This document shows, piece by piece, positions 11,634 to 23,301 of a stretch of 64,000 bases of DNA (positions are counted from its first letter, which is position 1; the number at the start of each line of letters is the position of its first letter). Source of the DNA: Spironucleus salmonicida (lineage: Eukaryota). The position numbers and the translations under genes were made by a program. The notes beneath the pieces are model-generated. The model was not told the origin of the DNA. It searched no databases and saw nothing but the letters and a program-made list of their open reading frames with translations. The DNA is taken from NCBI RefSeq assembly GCF_000497125.1, contig NC_090599.1, positions 806,001 through 870,000 on the forward strand, written 5' to 3'.

Positions 11634-11873
11634 TCAGATGGTACCGTTTTTCCTAACCTTAACGACTTATACGCTGCTGGAACAGCTCTTTACGATTTAC
11701 TTAGCCTGATTAGGATCTTTAACTACAAGAGTGCAAAGGCTCTTGGGAGTTCTAAGCTTGAGCTTCATCCATCCAGCATGGTTACCCTTATTAATACGCT
11801 TAACACGGAGTTGGGATGCTTTCTTTTCAGTGACTAATTTCATAAACTGCTCTTAGTTGACCTGGATAGGCAT
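11634..11873 (-). CDS. RPL38: 60S ribosomal protein eL38 (79 aa)
   Basis: MPIQVNQEQFMKLV...LRVKR...KLKLRTPKSLCTLVVKDPNQAKQI; three TAA read as Gln. Confidence 0.88.
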
Positions 11874-12228
11874 GTCACAATGGAGTGGAAATATTTATTA
11901 AAATTGAATAAAATATACAATATTATATAGTATCAGCCAAATATAAAAAATAATATAGAATTAAATGAATCTCATCACTAACTCTAAATTATTTTTGTTA
12001 CTGATAATATTAGTATTATTATTTTATCACTACTAATTATCTTGTTATAAGATACTTATTCTATTCACCTGGTTTTCTTAAGCATTCAGATTAGCAAAAT
12101 AACTTAAAGTTAATAATTTTTTTATTCTATAATTATAGTTTTGCAATCTTGATCTCTGGTAAAAAAATTGTAATTGTATCATTTTTGCAAAAAAACAAAA
12201 TATATAATAATATATAATAACTAAATTA

Positions 12229-12417
12229 TCATTCTAATTATTTGAAAGGAATCTTCTCTTTTTTCAGCATAGTAAAAAGATCATCTGAATGAGTTTGCTT
12301 TATGTCAATTTTTTTAACCTTGCTTAAATTAGATAGCTTTACTCTCTCGCTGGGAAAATCGTAGCTTTACGCGCTAAACAGTTCGATGTTTTCATTCAGT
12401 AATTTTTATACGAACAT
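12229..12417 (-). CDS. Small hypothetical protein (62 aa)
   Basis: MFVQKLLNENIELF...KIPFKQLE-TGA under TAR=Gln. Confidence 0.35.
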
Positions 12418-12733
12418 TTTTAGAAAACTTTACTAATATTATTATTACTATTATTATGCTACCTTTTATTTTAATTTTAAAATGACGAAATATATATTAT
12501 ATTTTCTAGTTTTTAATATTCAACGTTTATAAGTTTAATATCTATTTAATATACATTTATTTGTGAAAGTATAATATTGATTATTATATATAATATTAAC
12601 TTATTTTTAATTGCTTGAAAAAATTCAACGATACTAATGTATATTAGCCGGAAACTCGTTGAACCGCAATTTTTAATTTTACAAGTCCCTAACTAGTGCC
12701 TAATTCGGGCGCAGACTTAAGTCCACTCCTCAA

Positions 12734-13138
12734 ATGCAAATCACCTAGCAGCAGCGCACCGAACTTATCGCAGCGGCCCTCGAGGGCCAGAAGATGGCGT
12801 ACTGCCCGTACTCCAACTACCCCGTAGGCGCCGCCGTGCTCTCCGACACGGGCGTCATCGTCAAGGGCTGCAACGTCGAGAACGCGGCCTACCCCAACGG
12901 CGCCTGCGCCGAGAAGACGGCGATCGGCACCGCGGTCGCCCAGGGGCACCGCAACATCGTGGCGGTGGCGATCGTGACGAGGGACTCCGGGCTGCCCTGC
13001 GGCTCGTGCAGGCAGGTGCTGAACGAGTTCGGCGCGGACATGTGGTGCATCATGCTGAACGGCGCGGGCGAGGTCACGATGGAGATGCCGCTCACGCAGG
13101 TGCTCCCCCACGCCTTCGGCCCCAAGAACCTGCTCTGA
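12734..13138 (+). CDS. CDA: Cytidine deaminase, full length (134 aa)
   Basis: AYCPYSNYPVGAA, GCNVENA, CAE and PCGSCRQ motifs; ATG 12734 via one TAG. Confidence 0.95.
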
Positions 13139-13186
13139 GCTGCTTCGTCACTGGATCTGGGCGCGCGGGACCCGGACTGGAGCCAG

Positions 13187-13259
13187 GCCGGTGTAGCTCA
13201 GTCGGTAGAGCACAGGACTCTTAATCCTGTGGTCGCGGGTTCGAGCCCCGTCACCGGTA
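13187..13259 (+). tRNA. tRNA-Lys(CTT), copy A
   Basis: GCCGGTG/CACCGGT acceptor, CAGGA-CTCTTAA-TCCTG anticodon arm, GGTTCGAGCC, T run after. Confidence 0.95.
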
Positions 13260-13334
13260 ATTTTGTCGCGGCGCACCCCACACGAGACACGCGCGGCAAA
13301 CTGCAGTCTGGGGTAAACTGCAGTCTGGGCAAAT

Positions 13335-13417
13335 TGCATTCTGTGGGGCTCGAACCCACGCGGGATAAGTCCCATAACGGCCTTAACGTTACGCCTTAAC
13401 CACTCGGCCAAAAATGC
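13335..13417 (-). tRNA. tRNA-Leu(AAG), copy A
   Basis: TGGCCGAGTGGTTAAGGCG D arm, TAACG-TTAAGGC-CGTTA anticodon arm, long variable arm. Confidence 0.92.
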
Positions 13418-13459
13418 ATGCCCTTCCGGGAGGACGCAGGCGCGCGCCGCCGGCCCACA

Positions 13460-13634
13460 ATGGAGCCCTCGCTCGCCGCCCTGCTCGCCCAGGACCGCCG
13501 CCTCGCCTGCCTCGTCTTCGCGGTGTCGCTCGCGCTCGCCCTCCTGGGGCTGCTCACGCTCGACTTCGCGCTGGTCTCGCTGGCCGGCCTCGTGCTCCAG
13601 GTCGGCGTCGTCTTCTTCGTCGGCCTCGGCAACT
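13460..13634 (+). pseudogene. Got1-like gene, 3'-truncated (copy A)
   Basis: Identity to the full copy stops after VGLGN; AT-rich DNA follows. Confidence 0.8.
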
Positions 13635-14459
13635 GCCAGTATATAAAGAATTAAATATTTATCTATAGCTTAGTTTTATAAGATAATAATTGTTTTTAAT
13701 ATCTTTTTGCTTTTAACAGGTTTCTAGTATTTTAGTTTACTTTTATTTCTATAAAAATGACTGATGACATTTCAATACAATAACATATTAAATATAACGT
13801 TGAAAATTCTAACAAACACTCTTCTATAAGCTATAAAATATTTTTATTAAATATGCTGAGATTAACGAGGAATAGAATTTGTATAAATATAACTAAAATT
13901 TACTATTATTATATAAATCATACTTTTATATAATGATATGGCGTTTAATTATTTATTAAAGTCAAAAATATAATCTATAAAATACTGTTTAATAAAAATT
14001 CATAATAAAGTTAAATTAATTTTGAACAAACTTACTTCGAAAATCTTATGCTTTCATTTATCTTTATAATTTTTGTTATATTATTAGTCATGTTGGCATT
14101 AAGAAAATCATATTATTTTATATATCCTTAACTTATTTCCAGACTAAGCCTTACGTTATGATTCAATTTAATAATTAACTTTTGTATTAAATTTATCATT
14201 ATATGTGTCCTCGCTGTATTAGTTAATTCTACCATCTCTATTTTCTGCTGAAATGAAATAGACTTATAATACTCTGGTATTTTCGTTTTTGATAACTTAA
14301 TTGAGCACATTAACTTTCCAAGATTTGATTTCATATAATTTTAATACCTTTTTATCTGTTGAAATTACACAACCTATATCTACTCTATTGTAATACTCCC
14401 TTATTAATTTTATTTTTTACTATTATTAGATAGATTATGTTAACCACGTGATATTTACT

Positions 14460-15032
14460 ATGCTGTATAAAGTCGTAACGATTAGATTTTGTTAAGCTCT
14501 AAGTATGATACCATTAACCTTTAAAGTTATCCTAATTCTTAATATGAAGGCATTTTCTCTTTATAACTAATTAGAAATATATTTGACTAAAATTTTATTC
14601 AGATTTTAATTTAAATAAATCATAAATATTTTGACAAGCTAAATATACCCTATCCGCAGAATATATCAGTACAAAAATATATTCAAGTCACAGAAAAATC
14701 AATAATTGATAGCGTATATACCTCTTTCATCTGAATATATAATTTCTAATAGAATAACCAATTTATATATTTACCAGGATCCAACGTGCTTTTCGTTCCT
14801 GAGTTCCGGGAATGACATATATGTCGAGGTGAACCAGCCCAGCGGGTTTTACGGCAACTTGCTGATTCCCGTCTCCGCGGAAAGCAAGCACGACCTTACA
14901 TCGCCAGTGTTCATCATAATATGGCTCGTCCTTGCCAGCTTGAGCGTCCTGGCGGTAGTCCTGGGCGGGGTTTACTACTGCAGGGGCTTCAGGCGCGTGC
15001 GCAAGAACGGGTACAACATTATCGTATAGTGA
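14460..15032 (+). CDS. Type I membrane protein variant with a divergent N-terminal part
   Basis: From ~14774 near-identical to the 23302..23751 gene; upstream different; TAG-TGA end; start uncertain. Confidence 0.5.
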
Positions 15033-15318
15033 GAATTTTTATCTTTCGGTGCTGAGGTCGTGCCTTACCCGCTGCCTGCCGTCGTCACAGTAGGCGGTGC
15101 CACGCCTCCCTCGGCGATCGTCCTAGCTGCCGCGCACCCCACTCCGGGACCCCTAGCCAGCGTGTGCCGGGGCGAACCGCTTGGATGGGTCCCTGCTCCG
15201 CGGTAGTAATGGTAGCAAGCTGCTGGCACGGTCCCCAGCCCCCTCGCACTGCCTGCGCCGCTAGCCCTCGGCGGGAGCACATGCCTGCGAGTGAGCGCGG
15301 TTCCTCTCACTACTGCGG

Positions 15319-15678
15319 TCAGCCCGCGGCCACCAGCCGGAACACCGCCTTGAAGAGGGACCTGAAGGGGCTGAAAAGGTAGAGGAATGCACCCCACTCC
15401 AGGATGCTGCCCACCACGACGTAGTGGTTCAGCGCGGCCAGGACGCCCAGCATCATGAGTGCGAACGCGAGCTTCTGCTCCGGGCTCTGCAGAAACGCCT
15501 GGAAGTTGCCGAGGCCGACGAAGAAGACGACGCCGACCTGGAGCACGAGGCCGGCCAGCGAGACCAGCGCGAAGTCGAGCGTGAGCAGCCCCAGGAGGGC
15601 GAGCGCGAGCGACACCGCGAAGACGAGGCAGGCGAGGCGGCGGTCCTGGGCGAGCAGGGCGGCGAGCGAGGGCTCCAT
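15319..15678 (-). CDS. GOT1: Got1/Sft2-like vesicle transport membrane protein (copy B)
   Basis: Four hydrophobic segments; LGLLTLDFALVSLAG and GSILEWGAFLYLFSPF align with the Got1 pattern. Confidence 0.75.
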   Translation of the reverse strand: MEPSLAALLAQDRRLACLVFAVSLALALLGLLTLDFALVSLAGLVLQVGVVFFVGLGNFQAFLQSPEQKLAFALMMLGVLAALNHYVVVGSILEWGAFLYLFSPFRSLFKAVFRLVAAG

Positions 15679-15720
15679 TGTGGGCCGGCGGCGCGCGCCT
15701 GCGTCCTCCCGGAAGGGCAT

Positions 15721-15803
15721 GCATTTTTGGCCGAGTGGTTAAGGCGTAACGTTAAGGCCGTTATGGGACTTATCCCGCGTGGGTTCGAGCCCCACAGAAT
15801 GCA
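15721..15803 (+). tRNA. tRNA-Leu(AAG), copy B
   Basis: Cloverleaf as in copy A. Confidence 0.92.
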
Positions 15804-15878
15804 ATTTGCCCAGACTGCAGTTTACCCCAGACTGCAGTTTGCCGCGCGTGTCTCGTGTGGGGTGCGCCGCGACAAAAT

Positions 15879-15951
15879 TACCGGTGACGGGGCTCGAACC
15901 CGCGACCACAGGATTAAGAGTCCTGTGCTCTACCGACTGAGCTACACCGGC
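15879..15951 (-). tRNA. tRNA-Lys(CTT), copy B
   Basis: Reverse complement of 13187..13259. Confidence 0.95.
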
Positions 15952-15999
15952 CTGGCTCCAGTCCGGGTCCCGCGCGCCCAGATCCAGTGACGAAGCAGC

Positions 16000-16380
16000 T
16001 CAGAGCAGGTTCTTGGGGCCGAAGGCGTGGGGGAGCACCTGCGTGAGCGGCATCTCCATCGTGACCTCGCCCGCGCCGTTCAGCATGATGCACCACATGT
16101 CCGCGCCGAACTCGTTCAGCACCTGCCTGCACGAGCCGCAGGGCAGCCCGGAGTCCCTCGTCACGATCGCCACCGCCACGATGTTGCGGTGCCCCTGGGC
16201 GACCGCGGTGCCGATCGCCGTCTTCTCGGCGCAGGCGCCGTTGGGGTAGGCCGCGTTCTCGACGTTGCAGCCCTTGACGATGACGCCCGTGCCGAGGGCC
16301 AGGGTCGAGTGGAGTGGAGTGGAGTGGAGGCAGCACGCAGGCCGCTGGTCCGGAGCCAGGCAGTAAGTGAAAGGCAACAT
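16000..16380 (-). CDS. Chimeric N-truncated cytidine deaminase (in-frame variant)
   Basis: MLPFTYC...LALG fused to TGVIVKGCNVEN; lacks the PYS/VGAA motif. Confidence 0.5.
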   Translation of the reverse strand: MLPFTYCLAPDQRPACCLHSTPLHSTLALGTGVIVKGCNVENAAYPNGACAEKTAIGTAVAQGHRNIVAVAIVTRDSGLPCGSCRQVLNEFGADMWCIMLNGAGEVTMEMPLTQVLPHAFGPKNLL

Positions 16381-16489
16381 TCACACCCTCCCGTTCTTGA
16401 GCTTGTTCACGCCCGCCACGCCCACCTGGGTGAGGGCCTGGTCCACCTCCGTCTGGTTGAACTGGAAGAGCCTGTCGTCAGTGCCCTTC
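16381..16489 (-). pseudogene. GSK3 C-terminal fragment
   Basis: Reverse complement of the last ~35 codons of 20887..21945. Confidence 0.8.
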
Positions 16490-16656
16490 ATAATCATATT
16501 TTGCTGACCTACTAGTAGATTCCCAATTCAAGCAATATATAAAATCATCAAAGCACAAAATCTCATCAACTCCGATTCATTATAGAAACTAATTTTCAGA
16601 AAGAAAACTCTTATTATTATACGTTATTAATGTATGCTTTAATTCTTTCCCTCTGA

Positions 16657-18024
16657 ATGAAAAGATCACATTTTTAAAATTCTTTGCCACCATTATTATC
16701 GCCAGCGCCCGCAAATAATTTTTCAACTTCAAATCGTGTTGTACACCATATTAAAAACAAGCTTAACCTGACATAAACTGAGTTATCGACGGATTCACCG
16801 TTTCAGAATCTTACAATTTCAAACCCTCTCGGGTAGGGCGCATTTGGCGTTACATTTAGAGTTCAAGATGCTGATGGATCCAATTTTGCGATAAAGAAAA
16901 CATCTAAACTACGATCTGGCCTTTAGGAGGCCCATAATTTGACAAAGATCACATCAGAGACTGTTATTGCAGCAAAGAATGCATGGACGGAGTCGGGCCA
17001 TTTTTTTCTCCAAATGGAGCTGTGTGACCAAAATTTGAGTAACGTCTTCATCGATTCTGAGTAAATAATTTGGGCGGTTGCAGCCGACATTTCGAAGGCT
17101 ATTATGGCAGTTCACAAACAGCTTATTTTGCATTTAGACATAAAACCGGATAATATTCTTATACGTTAGCTGATTAAGATTAATGATCCTATGGTTGAAA
17201 GCGATATTGGGTTCTTCTCAGAAGGGTCTCCGCTAATCAATAATAAATTGTCCCCAGAAACTACATTGTTAAAACTTAATCTAAGCAATTTAGGAAGCTT
17301 TTCAGATCACTCTTTAGTTACACCTAGGGAGTCGTATAAGTCACTAAAGCCTTTAATTTAACCTCAGACGACAATTTTCCAACTAGCAGATTTCGGAAAC
17401 TCTGTTAATTTCGGTGAGGTAGACGTAAAACCTGGGGATGCTAGATATCTCGATCCTTCATTTATGCACACATTAATACCAACAATATTCTGTGATATTT
17501 ATTCGTTAGGTGCGTCGCTTTTTGAAATTTCCACTAATTAAAAGCTAGCGAAAGAAGGTGATTTTTTCAAAAAATTTAAAGAGGATCCAATGAGTACCAT
17601 TGATTACTGGCCACGTAGTGAAGATCTCTAAGCTGCCATTTTAGAGCTATTAAACAAAACAGAAATAGGAGAATGGCGATAAAAGTGGGGCCACAAGTTC
17701 CCTGATAGAGAAAAAGTTTATGAAATCATTCGCGAAATACGGAAAAGCGAATTTTCTCGTGTATGTAGGGTCAAAAGATCATTTACCACTAGTAAACATA
17801 TTAATAAAATTTTTAAGCTAATGTTAAGACTGAAAAGAACTGGAAAATGTGCATTTGCTATTAATTTGATTTAAAAATTTGTGGCAGGAAATAGAGGACC
17901 AAAATTTGATGAGCTAACTGAAAAAGATGATATTGTAGATTATTTAAAATATGATGAAGAGAATAAAGGTTTTGATGGTGAGGGTTGTGAGCTTAGTGTA
18001 AATGGGCTCGATTTGAGTTTCTGA
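16657..18024 (+). CDS. WEE1: Wee1/Myt1 family protein kinase (455 aa)
   Basis: LG(TAG)GAFG, FAIKK, AWTESGHFFLQMELC, HLDIKPDN, LADFG, GDARYL, CDIYSLG; absent from the ORF track. Confidence 0.88.
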
Positions 18025-18270
18025 AATATTTATATTTTATCTTGTAATATTGATTATTTAGGAAGTTTAAACTGTATTCAATCTGTTTTTATGGGTTTTT
18101 TTAAATATCATCATACTAGGATATGATAAATAGAGAACCGTATTTTTAATTAAATAGCCATTTTTAAGTATAAAATCGAGTGATATTAGTTTATATACTT
18201 AAAAAATTAAGATAACAATAATTTAATTACATGAATATTCTAATATATAATTTTAATATAATTTTAGAAA

Positions 18271-18588
18271 ATGAAGACGAGTACATATTAGCATTTAACA
18301 ATTTAAATTTTACCTACTACCCCTAAAAGCTCATCTAGGATTACTCTATATAGTAATTTACCTAAAACTACACCTTTACTTAATTTTTCAAGCAAAAAGA
18401 CTTTTCCTATCTAAAATAAAAATATTTCAAAATTATTATCTTCGAATGATATTATTCTATCGATATCCAAATCTAAAGTATAGCTCTAAGATTTATTTAA
18501 CCATTGTTAAAGTTTAGAAAAATAGTTAAGCACTATTTTAAAAGATTTAAAAATACAAATCAAATTTCAGTATACTCTTATATAATGA
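18271..18588 (+). CDS. AT-rich hypothetical protein (105 aa)
   Basis: ATG to TGA under TAR=Gln. Confidence 0.4.
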
Positions 18589-19675
18589 ATTTATTATTTA
18601 AAAAATCAATAGGTGTGTTAATTAGAAATATTATACCTCTTTGTTTGTTACTGAATTTAGGAAAATTGAAATATTAATCCAACTTAAATCAATAATATTT
18701 TTCTCAACATCTTATAAGAATAATAATCAAATGATTGATTTATTTATAAATATAAATAGTGATGGACTGAATTAATATTATTAATAACATATAAGCCTTA
18801 TTTTTATGAATTAATGTAATCACTTTTAAAATAGTTAAAACTTATAAGATGTAAGAAAAATACTACAACATTAGATACATAAAAATGAAAAAAACTCTAT
18901 ATAATATTTTATCTAATTTTCTATTTTAGTTCTTTATTTTATACTATTAATATAATATTTGAACAAATTTGGTTATATTGGTAATGATTCGTTATAAACT
19001 TCTGTAATACTTAATTTAGTCAGTAACATAAACTGCAATTTCTATACTTTACTATATAAAGTATATTACTATATAGTTTATTAACATAAAACCAGCTACA
19101 ATAATTATTATCAATAGTAATTTTTAATAGAATCGTCATATAATTTAAATGAAGCGCTTTATTTATTTTCAAAACTGATTAATACTTAAATTTTATTAAT
19201 AAATGTTATTATAATTCATGATAAATAAATTTATAGGTCTAAATTGTAATTAATGAATAAAAGGATAGTTAAACCTCAAATTGGTTTAACTAATATTTAT
19301 TGCTTCAAGTAAAGCTACTTAAAAATTATTCGAGGTATATTCTAAAAAAATAATTTGACTACTTTTATTTAAAGTACTAGTAACATCTTTAACTTTATAA
19401 ATTTTATACGAAAGTATCACTTATATAACGCATATATACCTAATATTTTTATTAAGATTGATTTACAATATTACATTCTTCCCAGATGAAAGTTCTGAGA
19501 CTATTACATACATTTTATCAAATAGCTCGGGCGTACATCCTCTAAATTTTACTCACAAGACGATTAATTCTAATTTGATTTATATACCATCTCCTTACAT
19601 ATACTAAAAATAAAATTATTAAAAATTATTTTTATAATTATTATATACTAAAAAGCATTTCATTTTCCGCTCAAA

Positions 19676-20647
19676 ATGTTCTCCCAGCATTTACTCAGAG
19701 CAACTTCTCTCAATACTACACAGTCTCTATTACGCCCGTATGACGGCTCTATCCTCCGCCCCGAGCGTTCTACGATATCGCAGATGACGTTCAACGACTA
19801 AGACAGGGAATTTCAAGCAAAACTCGAAATTACGCAGCAAGAGCATCATGACCATATCATATCAACGATTGCGCAGTTTAAAGCTGAAATTGCAGCGCAG
19901 CTGGCCACGATAACGTCCTCGCTCACGGATTTGGACCGGCGAGTAAAAACCCTAGAAACGACCCAGCAGAGCACATAATATCACCAAATACCCCTCCTTC
20001 CATAACCACAACTTCCGCACCAACTTTCTACGCGATCAGACTCGTTCACAACGTCGCTAACGCTAACGCCGTCCCCGGACGTGCTGAAGCGGTTCTACCA
20101 GAGCGTTGGGCAGCAGGTCTACCGGGCAGCCACGACGGCGGCGATCGCACCGCAGGAGCTCTACGCGCATTTCGCGAGCATTTCACAGCAAGTTTACGAC
20201 TTCGCAAACGACATTCCCAGGATCGCTTCAAAGCTCAACTTGAGCCTCCATTCCGCCAATTTGCAGTCCGCGTACGATCAAGTTTACGGTCAAATCCAGG
20301 CCGAAATTCTGTATTTTGTGGCGCAAACTTTCGATTTTCCGCTCCTTTTTACTCAAATTTCCGTTCCTTTTGCGCTGGAAGGGGCGTGGAAGGACGTGTT
20401 CCACTGCCAGCCGAAAGTGGGCGAGACGTACTCGCTGAGCGTCATTTTCGGTGCCGTAGCGCTGATTTTCGCGCTAAAATACAGGGCCCAGCCGCTCTAG
20501 TTTTCGGAGTGCAGCGGCACGCTGGGCGAGTTTCAGAGGAAGTTTGGGATCAAAAGCGACAAGGACCGCGGTAGCATGTGCCAGATCGTGCTGCCTCAGT
20601 GGACTGGCGGGATTCAAATTCCAGCTTATGTGAAGCTTGTGAAATGA
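19676..20647 (+). CDS. Hypothetical protein with N-terminal coiled coil (323 aa)
   Basis: Includes ORF 20081..20500; open to TGA 20645-20647. Confidence 0.7.
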
Positions 20648-20886
20648 GATTATTAATATATAATAATAGTAAAATTAAATTTTTTTACAGTAATAATTTG
20701 GATATAAAATATGATATTTTATATATAATAATAATTTTATGTAAAATTTTAAAGTGATTTATATAATACTGTAAATTGTATAATATTTGTCATTTTATCA
20801 TGTATTTACTAGATTGTATAGTTATTATTATAAGTTATATAATATTTGTAAATAAATTACATTACCACTTCACTACTAGATAAAAT

Positions 20887-21945
20887 ATGGCTCAGCCGCA
20901 ATTCCCAGAACTTTTTTAGGATTAAACCGTCACTATCCCATCTTCTGACCTTGGTCCAGAACTTACCTTCTAAACTGAAAGGTCTGTCGGTAGTGGATCA
21001 TTTGGTGTAGTCTTCCGTGCTCGCTCTCAAGATGGGCAGCACTTAGCAATCAAAAAAGTATTCCAAGACCGCAGGTATCGCAACCGTGAGCTATAGGTAA
21101 TATAGCAGCTGCATCCTCATGAATTTATAGTTAAAACGGTAAATTACTATTTCTCTACAGCGAACTCCCAGTAAAACGGATATTATCTGAATCTTATTAT
21201 GTAGTACTATCCAGAAAACGCGTATCAGGTTTACCGTGGCTTTGCTAGGAACGGTAAGAAGCTTCCGCTTTCCGACATTAAGCTATACACCTATCAGTTC
21301 CTTCGGGGCCTCGCCTGGATGCACTGTTTCTAGGTCACAAACCGCGATCTTAAACCATAGAACACTTTAATTGATAGGTAGTCAGGAAGAGCTGTTCTTT
21401 GCGACCTTGGTTCTGCGAAGTAGCTCAACCCACAGGAACCCAACATCGCTTATATTTGTTCTCGCTACTATCGCGCGCCAGAGTTAGTCTTTGGATCCCG
21501 CTTCTACAGTTGTGTTATCGATGTCTGGAGTTTTGCGTGCGTGGTTGCAGAGATGATGATAGGGAGACCTCTTTTCCCTGGTCAATCCCCAATCGACCAG
21601 CTGGTTGAGATAATCAAGGTTCTTGGCCCTCCATCTTTAGTTGATCTGAAGAATATGAATCCATAACTGCGGGAGTATAATTTTCCAACCATCTAGACTA
21701 CGCCTCTGGAGTAGGTGCTGGGCACCAACGATCCAGTCATCCTGGATTTCTTCAAGAACTGTCTCAGATACTCCCCAGGTCTTAGGTTTACCTGCTTCTA
21801 AGCCCTATAGCACGAGTTCTTCGATGAGGTAAGGGCGAAGAGCACTGACGACAGGCTCTTCCAGTTCAACCAGACGGAGGTGGACCAGGCCCTCACCCAG
21901 GTGGGCGTGGCGGGCGTGAACAAGCTCAAGAACGGGAGGGTGTGA
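20887..21945 (+). CDS. GSK3: GSK3/shaggy-like kinase (352 aa), copy C
   Basis: [24 protein letters not shown](TAG), DLKP(TAG)[25 protein letters not shown]. Confidence 0.95.
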
Positions 21946-22039
21946 ATGTTGCCTTTCACTTACTGCCTGGCTCCGGACCAGCGGCCTGCGTGCTGCCTCT
22001 ACTCTACTCCACTCCACTCCACTCGACCCTGGCCCTCGG

Positions 22040-22331
22040 CACGGGCGTCATCGTCAAGGGCTGCAACGTCGAGAATGCGGTCTCCCCCAACGGCGCCTGC
22101 GCCGAGAAGACGGCGATCGGCACCGCGGTCGCCCAGGGGCACCGCAACATCGTGGCGGTGGCGATCGTGACGAGGGACTCCGGGCTGCCCTGCGGCTCGT
22201 GCAGGCAGGTGCTGAACGAGTTCGGCGCGGACATGTGGTGCATCATGCTGAACGGCGCGGGCGAGGTCACGATGGAGATGCCGCTCACGCAGGTGCTCCC
22301 CCACGCCTTCGGCCCCAAGAACCTGCTCTGA
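22040..22331 (+). pseudogene. Cytidine deaminase 3' fragment, out of frame with the upstream ATG (copy C)
   Basis: Starts at TGVIVK; NAAYP changed to NAVSP. Confidence 0.8.
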
Positions 22332-22379
22332 GCTGCTTCGTCACTGGATCTGGGCGCGCGGGACCCGGACTGGAGCCAG

Positions 22380-22452
22380 GCCGGTGTAGCTCAGTCGGTA
22401 GAGCACAGGACTCTTAATCCTGTGGTCGCGGGTTCGAGCCCCGTCACCGGTA
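22380..22452 (+). tRNA. tRNA-Lys(CTT), copy C
   Basis: Same sequence as copy A. Confidence 0.95.
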
Positions 22453-22527
22453 ATTTTGTCGCGGCGCACCCCACACGAGACACGCGCGGCAAACTGCAGT
22501 CTGGGGTAAACTGCAGTCTGGGCAAAT

Positions 22528-22610
22528 TGCATTCTGTGGGGCTCGAACCCACGCGGGATAAGTCCCATAACGGCCTTAACGTTACGCCTTAACCACTCGG
22601 CCAAAAATGC
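22528..22610 (-). tRNA. tRNA-Leu(AAG), copy C
   Basis: Same sequence as copy A. Confidence 0.92.
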
Positions 22611-22652
22611 ATGCCCTTCCGGGAGGACGCAGGCGCGCGCCGCCGGCCCACA

Positions 22653-23015
22653 ATGGAGGCCTCGCTCGCCGCCGCCCTGCTCGCCCAGGACCGCCGCCTC
22701 GCCTGCCTCGTCTTCGCGGTGTCGCTCGCGCTCGCCCTCCTGGGGCTGCTCACGCTCGACTTCGCGCTGGTCTCGCTGGCCGGCCTCGTGCTCCAGGTCG
22801 GCGTCGTCTTCTTCGTCGGCCTCGGCAACTTCCAGGCGTTTCTGCAGAGCCCGGAGCAGAAGCTCGCGTTCGCACTCATGATGCTGGGCGTCCTGGCCGC
22901 GCTGAACCACTACGTCGTGGTGGGCAGCATCCTGGAGTGGGGCGCATTCCTCTACCTTTTCAGCCCCTTCAGGTCCCTCTTCAAGGCGGTGTTCCGGCTG
23001 GTGGCCGCGGGCTGA
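22653..23015 (+). CDS. GOT1: Got1-like protein (copy C)
   Basis: As copy B with one extra Ala. Confidence 0.75.
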   Translation: MEASLAAALLAQDRRLACLVFAVSLALALLGLLTLDFALVSLAGLVLQVGVVFFVGLGNFQAFLQSPEQKLAFALMMLGVLAALNHYVVVGSILEWGAFLYLFSPFRSLFKAVFRLVAAG

Positions 23016-23301
23016 CCGCAGTAGTGAGAGGAACCGCGCTCACTCGCAGGCATGTGCTCCCGCCGAGGGCTAGCGGCGCAGGCAGTGCGAGGGGGCTGGG
23101 GACCGTGCCAGCAGCTTGCTACCATTACTACCGCGGAGCAGGGACCCATCCAAGCGGTTCGCCCAGACACACGCTGGCTAGGGGTCCCGGAGTGGGGTGC
23201 GCGGCAGCTAGGACGATCGCCGAGGGAGGCGTGGCACCGCCTACTGTGACGACGGCAGGCAGCGGGTAAGGCACGACCTCAGCACCGAAAGATAAAAACT
23301 C

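Noticed and set aside
13335-13417. Suppressor or TAA-anticodon tRNA (TTAAG in the loop)
   Set aside because: The 7-nt loop TT-AAG-GC gives anticodon AAG, and the long variable arm fits Leu.
15424-15990. Long GC-rich ORFs overlapping the tRNAs and Got1 (also 15065, 22341, 22607 and copies)
   Set aside because: Shadow frames of GC-rich genes; they run through tRNA genes.
2943-21945. Mass pseudogenisation by nonsense mutations
   Set aside because: Internal stops are only TAA/TAG, fall at Gln positions and occur in essential ribosomal genes.
23052-23249. 65-aa ORF downstream of Got1
   Set aside because: No recognisable features and several overlapping frames are open; cannot be supported.
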